Positions 38,268 through 53,845 of a stretch of DNA of 64,000 nt are shown here, piece after piece; position 1 is the stretch's first letter; each line of letters opens with the position of its first letter. The translations under genes were made by a program, and so were the position numbers. This DNA is from the human T2T-CHM13v2.0 reference genome, Homo sapiens. The notes below the pieces were generated by a model, which was not told the DNA's origin, ran no database searches, and worked only from the letters and a program-made list of their open reading frames with translations. The stretch lies in NCBI RefSeq assembly GCF_009914755.1, contig NC_060930.1. One strand, written 5' to 3'.

Positions 38268-41248
38268 CTTATTTTGAAACAGGGAAGAATCTTTTTTTTT
38301 TCCCCAAGGCAGAAATCAATAATTATAGTATTAATTGTGCTCCTACAAGGAGGAAGAAAAAGTGCAAGACGGTACCAGGACTTGGTATATTTGAATGTGT
38401 AAATGAATTATAATCTGTATAGAATTATGTGTTTCAGTCAAATCCTTTGATTTTGAAAATCCTCTTTCTCTTCCTAACTTCTTATATCTATGACTCCAAG
38501 GGTATTATTTTTCCTCAGACATAATATGAGTTATATCATTGGCCCTAATGACAGAATTAAAAGCAAGTAGTAGAGATTCAGGACTATGATATGTTTCTGA
38601 TTGTTTATTAACAGGGACCCTAGCATCCATCCAAATATCCTGTACTGATGGAATAGTAGACAGGATTAATATAAAATGGAATATTATCTTAGATCTAGGC
38701 CTGTGACATAGCCAAGCACGTTCTCGTAGCAGAAAGCAACTCTACACTAAGGCATGCTGGCTTCCCAACTATTCTCAAGTAATTCAGATTGTGGATCACC
38801 CATACCCAGAATTTGATAGCTGTTATATCAATAAAACAAAACAGTTAAAGTGCCTGCATAAGAAGGGGTGGTGATTTTCAGCTCAGCACATTGAAATAAT
38901 GTAGTTTTAGAGCTTTGAAATACCATGGAGAGTATGTTTCACTGTCACTTTTCAGATGATGAATGTCACGTTGAAGGGATAAAGTGACCCTCATTATCTT
39001 GTAAATGATGTCACAAAACAATTCAAGTCAAAAACATGCATTAAATACCTGCTGTATGTGTACCACTATACTAGCTTTCTTTAGAGTGTGTGTGGTTTCT
39101 TTTAAAGGGAAGTAAGAGATTTTTTTTGTCTTAGAATAATTCAATTTTAATCAGTAGAAAAAAATATACACAATTTGGAGAGGCTATATACAGTTATTAA
39201 ATCTACAGTACAGCTAGAAAACCAATATAAGGCAAAATTAATTGTGTAAGTCAGATTATAAATAATCATCAACTGAGTTCAATATAACAGGAGTAATGTG
39301 ATGGAACATGGTTAGTAAGGGAAGTTATAAAAAATGTCAGGCCTGTCGGAAATATTTAGGATTTAACTTAATGAAGAGGAAAGAAGTTGGCATTTCAGAA
39401 ATGGAAAACAATCTGACCAAATATACAGAAGATGATCTCAGAAGTCTGTGTGTGGAGACATAAGACGATTAGCCTTATAATCTGACGGTAATAATAGCAG
39501 CAATATCAAATGCTTTCTGTGAGTCAGGAACTATGCTAGTATACAAAATAGTTGAAAAATTAATTAAAATGGATTACATCAGTTAAGTTTTGTAACTATA
39601 TGAAGTTGATAATACTATTTTCCCTATTTTGTACACCAAAAAACTGAAGTTCAGTGAATAATTGTCCAGGTAATGGGTCTGTTTCGGAGCTGACATTTAT
39701 GTAATGTTAAGTCTGTTGATTCTTGAAGCCATGTTCTTTATTACTATCATTTATTGCTACAAAGAAATAACTCATGTTAGCAATTTAGCCTGACTTTACA
39801 ATTCTCATGAAGAAAATCATTATTAAGGAATTATAACCAGAATTCCCAATTTATATAATTTTGGGGTCATTTAAAAAATGTATTGGAGATTAAGTCCTTG
39901 TATTTTAAACATTCAAAGAAAATGAGATGGATAAAATTTAACTTTTTCTGTGATTCTCAATTGACAATCCTACTTATTTGAGGTAAATTGACCTGTTTAT
40001 TATATTTTAAATACATATATGTGATTATAAAATTTATTTGTAGAGTATTTAAAACGAACTCACAATCTAATCATTACTGTTTCCTGAGTGCATTAACTAT
40101 CATTTTTTGAACCATGATGCCATATACTTATTCTTTTTTTGTGAAAAGTGATTTCACTCTAGAAGCTTTTTCAAAGCATTTCTATGTGTGTTTCACCGCA
40201 CTTTATGTTTTCTCCTGTTTTGGATATAGTCAGAGAGTTGGAAGAGGGTGAGCCCCAAAGGGCTTTTGATACATTAAAGGCATATTTATTGAAGACCTAT
40301 TGTTTTGGGGCTCTCTTCCTGCACCCAACATTGAAAAATTTTCAGCATTTGCTTTTTACTTTTTAAAGAATTTCCAAGTAAAGAAAATTCAAAGAAATGC
40401 AAAGTAAATTTGATGAACAGGAAAATAAGAATGATTATAATTTAACTACCAGTAAAAATATCAATAGATTTCTTTGAACAGAAAAAAAAGCTTCTTATCA
40501 TGGGTAAAATTTATAATAGCTTCTGCAAAAATAGAATAGTATGGACTATGAGACAATGCTATTCTTTTTCATGTTTATTTTCTCCTTGCATCTTGCTATA
40601 TTATCTCTTTAGGTAAAAATCAGAAAGTCAGCCTACTTTTTTTTATTACAATCTATTATTTTCAGAAATCGTATCTTGAGTATAAAAAACTTATTAAAAT
40701 GGATGTGGAATAGATAAATCTTATCCCAAGCTCTTTTGATGTTTGGCTAGTGTTTAAATTGGTAACATTATTTTACAGAATGATAGGAAGAAATAGACAA
40801 ATGCTGTGTGATATTGAAGAATTTATATGCTTTCATGGGTTGTTTCTTGTCTTGCTCCTTCCAGTGTGATGCTAAGCTGAGCACAGGACTCTTTTTGAAA
40901 TCAAAGAGCTTTAGATTTAGGTCAGCTTTACTCACTCTGAGATTCTGAAATAACAGGGATCATAGAATACAGATGGCATCTAATTAAAACATGAGTGCTT
41001 GGAGGATATTAGTTTAAAGTCTGGGCTCTACTGTCCTTTGATATTAAAATAAAATGGATCAACCATAGTATGCTGAGCTAAATTCAGATATAAAGTGTGT
41101 TTGATGTTCCTTTTTCATACATAAAATCTTAAGGTTCTGAATCTGCTTGCATTTGTGTGATATAATTGCTATGATATGTTAAATTCAGATGTAGTTTAAA
41201 ATACTATTTCACATTATAATCATTGCTTTAGATAGGATGGGCATCTGA

Positions 41249-41575
<327 letters not shown>

Positions 41576-42117
41576 TGATCAACATCTATATTGTCTGAGA
41601 CTTTTTTTTCCCATGCAAAAGACTGGATATTACAAAATTCACCCATGGAGTTGTGTCTGGGTCCCCAATCTGTTCTGCCTTCATTTATAAAAGAATTTAA
41701 ATTTTTATCCTAGTGAATTAGTATGGTGGTCCATATGGAAATTAGGGTAAGCATTTCATCAAAGCCTCGTAGAGTCTGCCACTTACCGAAGACAGTCTGA
41801 AGATTAGTTCCAATTATAAAGACTCTCCATTCATGGGCCTGCCCTGGGCTTAAAGCTATTTGGACACATAGCTTATTTAGGGAACAAGTTGAGAGCTATT
41901 TTATATTTCATAAAACTTTATAACTGGTGTTTTATTCACAAAAGTCTCCTTCCTTTAAGACATCAAAACATTCCCAAATACATCACACTGAAAACTTAGT
42001 GGCAGCAGTCTATCTGTGACTTTCTTCATTTCTGCAGAACCACATGTAATTTGGAAAATGAGCAATATGGAATGTGTCTGCCTGAGATAAAATAGTTAAT
42101 CTGGGTTCAAGCAAATC

Positions 42118-42830
42118 AGTCATTCAATAAATATGTATTGATTACCTAATAGGTGTGCTTTTCAAAGCTGTGAGGATATTGCAATAAATAAAATATGCAA
42201 TGATGCCTGTTCAAAGACAGTTTATATTCTTTGGTGGAAGAGAAACAATCAATAATAACCCCTCCAAATAAGTAAATTATTGTGTGTGTCAGAAGGTCAT
42301 ATGTGTCATAGAGAAAAGTATATCCCTGATTCTCAAGGGAAATAGAGAAGGGATGGTGTCACAAGTTATGTTGGGGTATTGGGATAGGTTTCTTTGAGAA
42401 TGTAACATCCAAGGAGGTGATACTCCTTAAGAGAGTATAGTGAGGAAAATGCTCTGAGGCCAGAGAGTGCTTGACAGGTACAAAGAACACATTCTGGGCT
42501 AGCAGTGAGGAACAGGATGTTGAGGTTGTCAGAGGGAGATGTAGCTGGGAGCCGGATCCTGTAGGAGGGTCTTGTGGGCCACTCTTTAGTCTTTGATTTT
42601 TACTTTAAGTAAGACAGGAAGTCTTTGGAGGGTTTCAAATAGATAAGTGACCATCTTAACTATCTCACTGCTAAATAAGAATAGACCATGAGAGGGTGAA
42701 AGTTTAAGCTGGGAGAACTTAGAAGTCTATTGCTACCATCTAGGTGAGTGATGATGGTGGCTATGGTCAAGTTATAGCAGTGAAGGTGAAGATAAGATTT
42801 CCATTATGTTTTGTAGGCAGAGTAACAAAC
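42118..42830 (-). mobile_element. L2 fragment
   Basis: CATTCAATAAATATGTATTGATTACCTA...TAGGTGAGTGATGATGGTGGCT. Confidence 0.6.
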
Positions 42831-43179
42831 ATTCACCAAACATCAGAGCCACTACGTGAAATGAAAAAAACAACAACAACAAAAAAAAAACGCTGAAACT
42901 AGCCTTATGTGCTTTCTTATTTTGTTTTTCTCTTTTTATCTCACTGTCATTTACTCCACTCCCTTCACAAAGTTCTTGAGAATCCTTGACTTTCCAGGCT
43001 TCTTTCAGCTATGCTATCTGTCACTCGGCCTCTATACTGACCAGTTCTGTGTACCACTCCTGTGCTTCTCTCCAGCTAGCCTCTCTGAATTGATCCTAGT
43101 AACGGTTCGCACTCAGGTGTTCAATGATTGACAAAAGCTTGTCTTCCTCTCTAACCCCTCACTCCCTGGGGGGATTTGC

Positions 43180-43483
<304 letters not shown>

Positions 43484-44361
43484 TGAGGGGAGTGTGCAGT
43501 TTAACTCAAACAAGAGAATTGTCAAAGGAAAAAACAGGGATCAAGATAATGCAGCAAATGTTACAGGTTTACGTCATGAAGAAAAATGACTTCAAAAATC
43601 TGTATTAGAAATGTTCTCAGGGCATGCTTGGAGTGGTGGAAGGAGGTCTTTAATTAGCCAGGCTTGTCTAGGACTTGAACCATAGACGAAGAACTAAAAA
43701 TTTGTGTTTTTTCATGTCCTTGAATCTTATTGTAATTTTCAATTAGATATTTCAAGTCAACAAATATTTGCTGAACATCTTTTCTCTGCCAGGTTTGTAT
43801 TAGGTGTTGAAAATAAATGAACAAATAATATAAAATCTCTCCTCTAAAAGATCTAGCAGGCAGATAGGGATGGCAAAATATTATAATAAAATGAAACAAA
43901 ATTATGCATTTAAGGTGTTAGAGGAATGAAAAGATAAATGAGGGATGCAGTGGGGTCCTGGGAAGGGACCTGTCCTGGGAGGTTTTCTCAGTTGCTACCT
44001 CGCCCATCTGCTTTGCCAGGCAGTTTTTGACAGTTGTATCCTCCACCTCTAGCTTTTCCATTATCAGGATCATTATAGATTGTGCTCTGCCAGTAATCCA
44101 GATATAAGGAAGTGTCTGGGCAATCCCTATGAACGGGATCAGGGCTTGGTTGAGCTTTCATCTCAGGACTGATGTCAGGGAGATTCTGACTCAGGTAAGA
44201 CAGACGTGATCACCGAGGAGCAGAAAGTGTACATGTAGAGTGATGCTCTCATCTCTGCCCAGGAATGCTTCTGGAAGAAGTTGGACATGGTGGTAGTGAG
44301 GCCCTTCACCATGGTTTCCTCATCCTATTGTTTATATAACCCAAGTTTCTTGCATTTACTG

Positions 44362-44687
44362 CACCGGTCCCCAACCTTTTTGGCACCAGGGACCAGTTTT
44401 ATGGAAGACAGTTTTTCCATGGATTGAGGGTTTGGGGATGGTTTTGGGATGAAACTGTTCCACCTCAGATCATCAAGCATTAGATTCTTATAAGGGACAC
44501 ACAACCTAGATCCTTTGCCTGTGCAGTCACAATAGGGTTCGCACTCCTATGAGAATCTAATGCTGCTGCTGATCTGGTAGGAGGCAGAGCTTAGGCAGTC
44601 ATACACGCTCACCTGCTGTTCACTTCTTGCTGTTTGGCCCAATTCCTAACAGGTACCAGTTTATGGTCTGGGGGTTAGGGGCCCCTG
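44362..44687. mobile_element. MER1 (hAT-Charlie) DNA transposon
   Basis: TIRs CACCGGTCCCCAACC / GGTTAGGGGCCCCTG; near-TSD ATTTACTG / ATTTACCA; GAAACTGTTCCACCTCAGATCATCA core. Confidence 0.85.
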
Positions 44688-45451
44688 ATTTACCACACTT
44701 AAAGTGTAACTGTGAGTCCAAACCCCTGATCCTCAAAGCAACTAACATAGTTCACTTTGTGACCTCATGGATCTTTATTACTAGAGCCTGTGGTGAAATT
44801 TTAGACATCAGCAACAGGATATATGACTTTAGTGGAAAATATTTTCTGAAGGGGCAGAATGTGTTCTTGCTATCCTTACCTTCAAACCCAGAATTTATAT
44901 TGCAGCTGGCAACTAGCATTGCCCATAAACAGGATTAGCTCTGGTAAACATAAGTAATAAAATGCCATTTTGTTTTCCAAACCTAAACTTTGACCTGCAC
45001 CATGCAGAGGATATTTAAGAAATATTTTTTAAATGTTTACTGAAAGCATAGATTACAAATTGGAGAGAACCAATAGGTATTATTGCCTTGTTTGCCAGAT
45101 TCAGGTTTAGGCCAATCATTTTTACCTCCTATGATTAGCTAATGTTTACTCTAACCCTGTAATTCCACATTAGAATGATTAGTAATTTTAAGCCAAAGAG
45201 GAAAATAAATGAATTTGGTTTAGCACCTGGAAGCCTTGAAATGCTTAAGAGGAGGTGTGTTTCAAATTAGAATAAAAAATTCATATTTAGATCGAGTACA
45301 TATTGTTAAGAGAACCCAGAGGAAAAACAGTGGACTCAAAATGTGTCTTTTTTTGGGCAATAAATAGGATTTTTATACTGAAAAGGAAAGGGTATGTATG
45401 TCTTAGAGGAGTAGTGCATGTCATGTAGTAGGTACTCAATAAATATTTCTT

Positions 45452-45783
<332 letters not shown>

Positions 45784-46849
45784 AATTTCTTGAATAAATA
45801 CGTTAGTTGAACAACCATAAATAGATTTACAGGATCAGTTAATGTCCACCAAGTTGGGAGACCCCAGTGGCAGGAGTTCCTAGTCCTTAGTATATGATTT
45901 GAGTGAAGATAAAAATGACACACCTAACAAAATGTTTCATGAAATAATCTAAAATTTCTTGTCTTCATTGCTTACAATGACAAACCCAATCTAATCAGAT
46001 AAAACTTGATAAAGATAATGCCTAAAGCCCTGTTTTTGGGTATAAAAAGGTATAAATAAGCATAAATATAGGATGGAATTATTAGTAAATGTTTTGAAAA
46101 AAGATGAAAGGATTAGGAATTTAGGTGATAGCCTACTCAGTGTGATCCAACAGTATGAAGTAATTCCAACCTCCTTTCTTGCATATTTTTAAACTCTCCA
46201 CAAAAACTAAGGAGATGATCCCAATTATTATCTTCATTACATTAATTGAGTTTATCATCAATATCATGGAGGTGATGATTTGATGATTATATTTTACTAT
46301 GTGCTAAAAACACATCTATTAAACGCTTTTTATAATTTTAAGGAATATTATCAGAGGAGAGCAATGACGGTAGTGGAATTCTTCACTTGAGTATCAGGGA
46401 GTTGGTGAAGGAAGCAATATAATTATGCAGAAGAGAGCTCTTGGCATGAGCCATGATTTCAAGAGGGGGGAAATAGGACCAATGAGATAAGTTAGCAGGA
46501 AGCATATTTTGGCTCAATGTAGGGGAGAATTTTGTACTAATTCTAACACTTAGACCTGAATGTTCTGCCTTGGGAGGCAAGCAAGTGTTCATTTGGCTAC
46601 TAAACAGAACAGAGATTCATGTGTCAGATGAGGGAGTTGAACCAAATGACCTTCTATATCACTTCTTATGGTAAGATTCTTTGACATTTTGTGTGCAATA
46701 ACAAGATATGTCTCTGTACAGGCTTTCCCAGCTATATTCTTTAGGGAAGTTGAGGATAGGAGAACAAGCACTGTAAATGATTACACATCCTGAAATGAGA
46801 AGCAAGGGCATTTGTAGATATGTGCATAGTTGTTGGGATAAAGTGCCTG

Positions 46850-47050
46850 TGTCCAAATTCCAGCCAGGACTGACATGCACTATCTGGTGACCTTCGATTA
46901 GTTATTTAACATTTCTGTACCTCAGTTTCCATATATAAAATGGGGATAGTATAGTATCTACCTAATAGCTTTGTTGTGACAATTGAGTGAGTTAATTCAC
47001 TCAAGCTTTTAGAATGGTACCTGGCTCATAGTGATTGTTAGATATTGTTA
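46850..47050 (+). mobile_element. MIR SINE
   Basis: GTGACCTT...TTATTTAAC.TTTCTGTACCTCAGTTTCC..ATAAAATGGGGATA...TAGAATGGTACCTGGCTCATAG. Confidence 0.75.
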
Positions 47051-49016
47051 TTATGATTGCAACTATAACTACAATTAACTATTCATAAAACCATCATAGA
47101 GTGAGATGGTATATTTTATTCTGCATTACATGTAGGCTTAGGTATTCTTTGGAAGAAAATATTATAGAGAAAGCACGTATATTGGACACAGGCAGGCTCT
47201 TTATGGGCTGCGTGGTCTTGGACAAGTCATTTGACCTCTGCTTTTCTTAATAACTGTCTAGTTATAGGACTTCTGTAAAATTAAATGAGTAATAGTAATA
47301 AATGTCAACGTAGTAATAAATGTCAGCTCCCATGGAAAGATAGTATTTCAATTTCCGTCCTTTTTCAAATATCTTGTTGTCTAGAGACCACAGCAGTGCA
47401 GGGTTAATGTAGCAACTTAGGGCTTGAAGTGACCTGAGACATCTTCTAGCAATTGCCGCTCATGTAGGAGATGGGAGTGTAGGTTCCTTAAGAGTTAAGA
47501 GACTTGCAGAAAGCCACGTAGCTTCTTCCTATGAGGGAGAAGAGCTATATGGAGGAGAGAAAGTGGAAGATAAGTAAACATTCAGAGTACTTTTTTGGGA
47601 AAAAGTGTGCAGCTTCGGAGCTCTTGTGCACGTTTTGCTGAGTGCGTGTTTCTGAATGATTGTGTGTGTGTCTGTATGTGAGTACATATGTATATATGTA
47701 TATATTCATGTGTATGAATCAGAGTGTGTAAGTGAGCATGTATTTGTGGGTGACTGATTATCTTGCTAGTGTGACTTTCTATGACACTTGCTGGCATGCA
47801 GGCCTTGGGTTGCTAATTCCTTTTCATTATCTAACTCAGTATACCAAGAAAAGAAAGAAAACAGTGAAAAAGAGAATGCATTCTGCTGTTAGCTGGATGC
47901 TGACTTTCTTCTTCTGGGTCTGGCACTTTGATTCCTCATGACTTCAACTTTTTCCTAAGGAAAATAAATGTGCTAGCCTCTTACCTTCACCACCCCACTT
48001 TAATGAAGCTTCCTTCAATTACATCTATAAAACCCAAGGTTTAATTTTATTTGATGACACTGTCTTCTGCAGACACTTTGTTTTGCTTTTGAAGACACTA
48101 AGATAGCCTGGAGCTCTGTGCCAATTTCCTCACTGGTACTGGCCACTGGGGAAGCTGCCTGAGACAAGGGCATCTGAAGTGACAGGAGCCTTGAACTCAG
48201 TTCATCAGCTGGAGACCCAGAGCAGTATCAAAACTGAGTTTTTGATTATGCATATTTATCCTGATTTCTACAGCTTCCTCATGCTCACCCATCTCCCTCA
48301 GATATTCTACAACACTGAACTGTATTATTCTGAGTTGTACTTAACACTTAGGAAATTTTAACATTTGCTTCATTAACATAACTGTTAGAAGGTGCAGGGG
48401 GTGATGAGGTTTAAAAAATGAGTTTAAGATCAAGAGTGTGTACTTTTTGTTTTTCTTTATGGAGTTACATTGCTGATATTATTTATGTTCAAATTATTGA
48501 CTACTTTGCTGCTTGTATAAAAAATGGCTGCTAATTTTTATGTATTTTGATCTCTGTTTTTACGGATGATGCAAGAAAATGATCAAGAGCTCAATTACAC
48601 TTATTGGCATAATATTTGTTAATTGTGACACTGTAGAAAAGAAACATTCCTTTGAGGATCAAGCAGAGCCATCTCCTGTCCTCATGTATAGAATAGTACT
48701 CCCATTAGGGAATGCTGCCAATGAAAAATTTATATATAACTTTGTGTAAAGGAAGTTTTTAAGCTCTGAAATGGAGTGGCATATAGTTGCCTGTAATCTC
48801 TAGGCTGATATTTTACTGTGGCATTTCTTCGCTTCTCATTCTAATAAAATATTAACATGGTAAGCTAATTGTTTCTGTCAGAAACAAGTTGTTCAGCATA
48901 ATAACCCTTTTCTTCATTTGATAACGTGTCATTTAACTTGGTAGAACTGTCTGAAAATTATGTCATATTCTTTCCCATTTTCATCTCTACTCTTGCTTTC
49001 TGGTTGCCCATTCTAG

Positions 49017-49088
49017 CAATACAAGACCAAGTCAAGCTACAAGGCTTTTGCAGCAATCCCTACAAACACATTGCTTTTGGAACAGAAG
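49017..49088 (+). CDS. MLIP: MLIP coding exon (QYKTKSSYKAFAAIPTNTLLLEQK, 24 aa)
   Basis: Long pyrimidine tract, ttctAG|CAA; donor AAG|GTCAGT; 72 nt. Confidence 0.93.
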
Positions 49089-52000
49089 GTCAGTGTTGGC
49101 TCAAAAACAGTGAATTTTACATTTTTAATGTGATTTTTAAAATGTTTTCTAAAATTTCTGTTGGGAAGATTTCTGTTTTAAAGTTCTGCCTTTACTAAAA
49201 TAACATTCCATTCTTAGTTTAGGATGATGTGGTGAAAACATTTTGGTGAATATAATTGGAGATATTATTGGTTTATTGCTAGAGACTGAATATGAGCCTA
49301 GGGATGTTTAGTCCACTGTCAAGCTACTTTGGGAAACTTGATTCAGATTTGGATAGATCTCCGTTCTTTGGAATTTTAAATAATTATTATATTCAAAAAC
49401 TTCCATATCAAGAACTTTCATATCTGTCCATATTGATCAAAAGAATTGAGGTGAAATGGGATTGTTTGTGAACAGTTGGCCACCTTGGGTTGTTGACTGG
49501 TAAAGACTTGGTGACTAACAGTGGCTTCCACCATTGTACTATACTGATACTCAGATATTATAGCTGAGTATTCAACTTAGCCTCATAGATTCCATTGTGG
49601 ACTAAACCTCTTCACCCACCCATTCTTGCCAGCCAGTGGTCCTACTTTCATGAACAGAAGGGAAGACTGAGATGACTCTCAGTGACCCAACTGCTTTCAC
49701 ATGACTCCAAGAGATTTTTGCTTTGCTATTAAGGGTCATTAATAATAAAATTATAGGCTGTTACATAAGTAGGTAAATTAAATTGAAGCCTCTTGTTTAA
49801 TAAATATGTTACGCATGTTTAAATGAAAGCCAAGTAGAGGATTGATATCAGAATCAAAGTGAAATGAGTTACCAAGTCTATGAAATTATTCATTTCATAT
49901 ATTATTTTTATGATTATGTATTTAGTCAATTTATTTCTCAATGCACTAAGTCCATTTTTTTCTGTGTAATTATGGTGTTTCAAAGACTATCATTTATCAA
50001 AACGTTGTTTGCCAACCAGGTGGTATTATGATCACTGGTTTATAAATCTACATTCTTATTCTTTTAGCATGATCTGAAGAGTAAAACCTTTGTATGATCT
50101 CTTATCTAATAAGTAGGAATTGTCAGTGGAACAAGTAGTGTATAGGTGGACATTAATTCCACATTATACACAGGTAGTGTCCAATCCATGTTCTGTATAT
50201 GTAAGTGCTTTGAACTGGAGGTTCACTAGGCTGCAGGAAAATCTGCAGCTTTTTCCCTAGCATCTCTCCTGAATTTCTACCCCTTATTGTCTGTTAAAAG
50301 ATGAGATGGGACTAAAATATGGATTTCAGGAGACTTCTGGAGGTTGTGGAAAGGGACACTTTTCCATTGCCCCTTATTCCACACTCTGGGGCCATAATGG
50401 TGGGAGATGGTGGCAGAGTTCCCACACCACAGACTCTCTGCTTATTTTGGATGGCGATTTCTGGAACCTGGTCACAAGTGTGTGCTTTCACAGATGTGGG
50501 AGAATCACTCTCCATCAGCAGTGAGGCAAAGAGGAGATGAGGAGCCTGTTTCATGCTCGTCTTTCCCTCATACTTGTCTCGCCTCATCTAGGCACATTCT
50601 TCTGGAACTATGTTCTGCTACTATGTAAATTTCCTATTTAGAAAAATGAAAGTTAATTCTTTCTGAAAGTCTTTTGTGAGATAAGACTAGATGTCAGTAC
50701 TGTTTCCAGAATCTCTGTCTGTTAGGATTGTTTCCAGAATTCTCTTCCAATTAACTAAATTATTGAGCTTATAATTTATTCATTAGTCAGTGAAAATGAA
50801 GAGTCATTAGTTTAATTTCCAATTTTATTACAAACCCATTTCATAAATGTGTATGGTGATATTGATGTGTATTTAGCCTATTATACAAGTTCATGTGCAA
50901 AAGGTTTTGTGTTTTTAATTTTAAATAAAACATTCTGTAGGAAAATTATTATGTCTATTGTTCATACAAAAAATATAAACATGATATCTAAATTTAAAAT
51001 AGTGTTATTCTAGAGGGTGCTGCATTATTGTATAAGGGCTAGTGTAGGTTGTTGTCTCTTGGCTAGTATAATTTTTGGACCATAAATATTTAACTTATTC
51101 AAAGGTCTCAGATGTTAAGTGAATTTTTTTTTCTTTAGGTCCTTTAAATTATTCCACATACTTTCTGCTGGCTTTCCCATGTTATGTGTTCCTCAATAAG
51201 AAATTTTACTTTGTAAGAATTTTAAAATATCAAAGCCTTATCTAAAGGTTTTATGAGTTACCTCCATTTTCAATAGTATTTTTTGAATGATATTGTATTG
51301 TTCCTTTCAGTGTTATAGTTTTAAAAAATAAATCTGACAATTTAATCATTTATACTCATCTGTTTATACAATAGACTTTATCTTAATGCCACTGAAATAA
51401 AAGGGATTTATTTCTGAATTGAGTGGGAAAATTAGGACTATAATCTTGAGGAACTCTTCTATTTATGGAAGAATAAAAATCTTGCAATATTTTAAATCAC
51501 AGAAGGTTTTCTGAGATCCCTTTGATATCACACAGAACACCACAATTCAGGGGTAGGTAAGGTTGTAGACTCATTATAATACTTGGGTAGGGTCCATGCT
51601 GTGGAATGCCTTGAAGCTGGAGCTAACAAAAATAATTCATGTCTTAGCTATTTCAACAATTATCTCTCCAATTGGATTAAACCCATGATGGGTATCTTAT
51701 GCCACATTCTTTTCTACAGCATATAGTATAATTAATGAGAAACCAGATTTACTTTTTAAAAAATAATGCTATTTTTAAAAGCAAGATTTTTTCCTAATTG
51801 AAATACCGGCATCCCTTGCAATGAGATGTTAAGCTCTCGTTGAATTACTGGATTGGTTTCAGTTTTAATCAACCCTGGATGAAGCCCATCATTTTTAAAA
51901 GAGTACACTTTGTTGGCAGGGAACATGAGGTTTCTGGTACTTCTGTTCTGTAATTTATTGTCTGCATCAAAATTTAAATTTATATCTTATTCCATATTCT

Positions 52001-52299
52001 ATCATTTTTCCCCTGTGAACCTTTAAGAAGGAAGCATTTGTAGCTTAAGTCTTAAATAAGGATTTCTAGGGAGAGATAAATGTAAGGTATGATTTTCATT
52101 GTGTTGGCTTCATCAGGGTCCTTGGCTTAACCTCCTGCCAATAATCATCTTCTCCAAGAATGACATGAGGATGAAATGCAAATGATTATAAAGTAATCAG
52201 ATTACATTGTGACTGTCCATAGACTTTATTACAATATGTTCAACAATATACTAAGGTCTGTAGATAAAATAAGTTGATATGGACTTTATTTTTAGTCTT

Positions 52300-52639
52300 T
52301 GTATTAATCTGTTTTCACTCTGCTGATAAAGATATAACTGAGACCGGAAGAAAAAGAGGTTTAATTGGACTTACAGTTCCACATGGCTGAGGAGGCCTCA
52401 GAATCAAAGGCACTTCTTACATGGTGGTGGTAAGAGAAAATGAGGAAGAAGCAAAAGCAGAAACCCCTGATAAACCCATCAGATTTCCTGAGACTTACTC
52501 ATTATCATGAGAATGGCATGGGAAAGACTGGCACCCATGATTCAGTTACCTCCCTCTGGGTCCCTCCCACAACACATGGGAATTCTGGGAGATACAATTC
52601 AAATTGAGATTTGGGAGGGGTCACAGCCAAACCATATCA
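52300..52639 (-). mobile_element. THE1 (ERVL-MaLR) solo LTR
   Basis: TGTATTAATCTGTTTTCAC...CAGCCAAACCATATCA with TG...CA ends and perfect 5-bp TSD GTCTT (52295-52299, 52640-52644). Confidence 0.92.
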
Positions 52640-53295
52640 GTCTTGTGATATATCTTGATGTGTACTGTCTTTTTTAGAGAAAGTTAAAGGTCTTGCTTTC
52701 ATTGACTAGTTTTTCTTCTTATCATCTGAGTCTGATAGCAATAGGTAAAAAGTTAAACTGTTTGACACATATTAATATTCCAAGTAAATAGATTATTATT
52801 TTTATCATGTAGTTGTTAAAGGAGGAGAGAATGAATGAAGAAATATTTCCATAAAATCAAAGAATATGCATCTTTATTGTCTTACCAATGATTAATATTT
52901 TTCCATGAAAATATAAATTTTTTCCTTGAAAGTAATTTAAACTCTCTGTTTACTTCCTCATAAGTATTTCTGAGGATAAAATTAGGGCTGGGGCTAGGTA
53001 CAATGTTCCTAATAAATGGCATTACTCTTTGCCATTTTCACGATACATTTGATTCATAAGAAGTGTGTACTTAAGAGAAGAATTCTGGAGCAGCTCAGTT
53101 TTATAAGTAGCAAAAAATAATTACAGGTTTAATTCTTTAAATGGAAAGTTATAGGAAAAACATTTTTTTTTGGTGCAAGGAATATAAAATTAGTTATTTT
53201 AACAACTAATAAAAACGACGGCATAAAAAGAAAAAGGCAAAATTTTGATATATCCTGTCAACTGTCAAGTCTATTTATTCTAAGTTGCCTCTTTG

Positions 53296-53430
53296 ATTTT
53301 TTTGTTTCATTTTTTGAGATGGAGTCTTGCTATGTTGCCCAGGCTAGATTTGAAATTCTAGTCTCAAGCAAACCTCTTGCCTCAGCGTCTTGAGTAGCTG
53401 GGACTACAGGTACACAACACCACACCCAGC
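53296..53430 (-). mobile_element. FLAM (Alu monomer)
   Basis: Single ~130-bp arm; TSD TAAGTTGCCT at 53281 and 53431. Confidence 0.85.
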
Positions 53431-53530
53431 TAAGTTGCCTATTTAATTTTTTAAAGCATGAGTTGCTAAACTCCAATCTTATTAAAAATATTTCCTTAGG
53501 TGAGAATATTTTAAAATCTCTTTATGTCTT

Positions 53531-53845
<315 letters not shown>

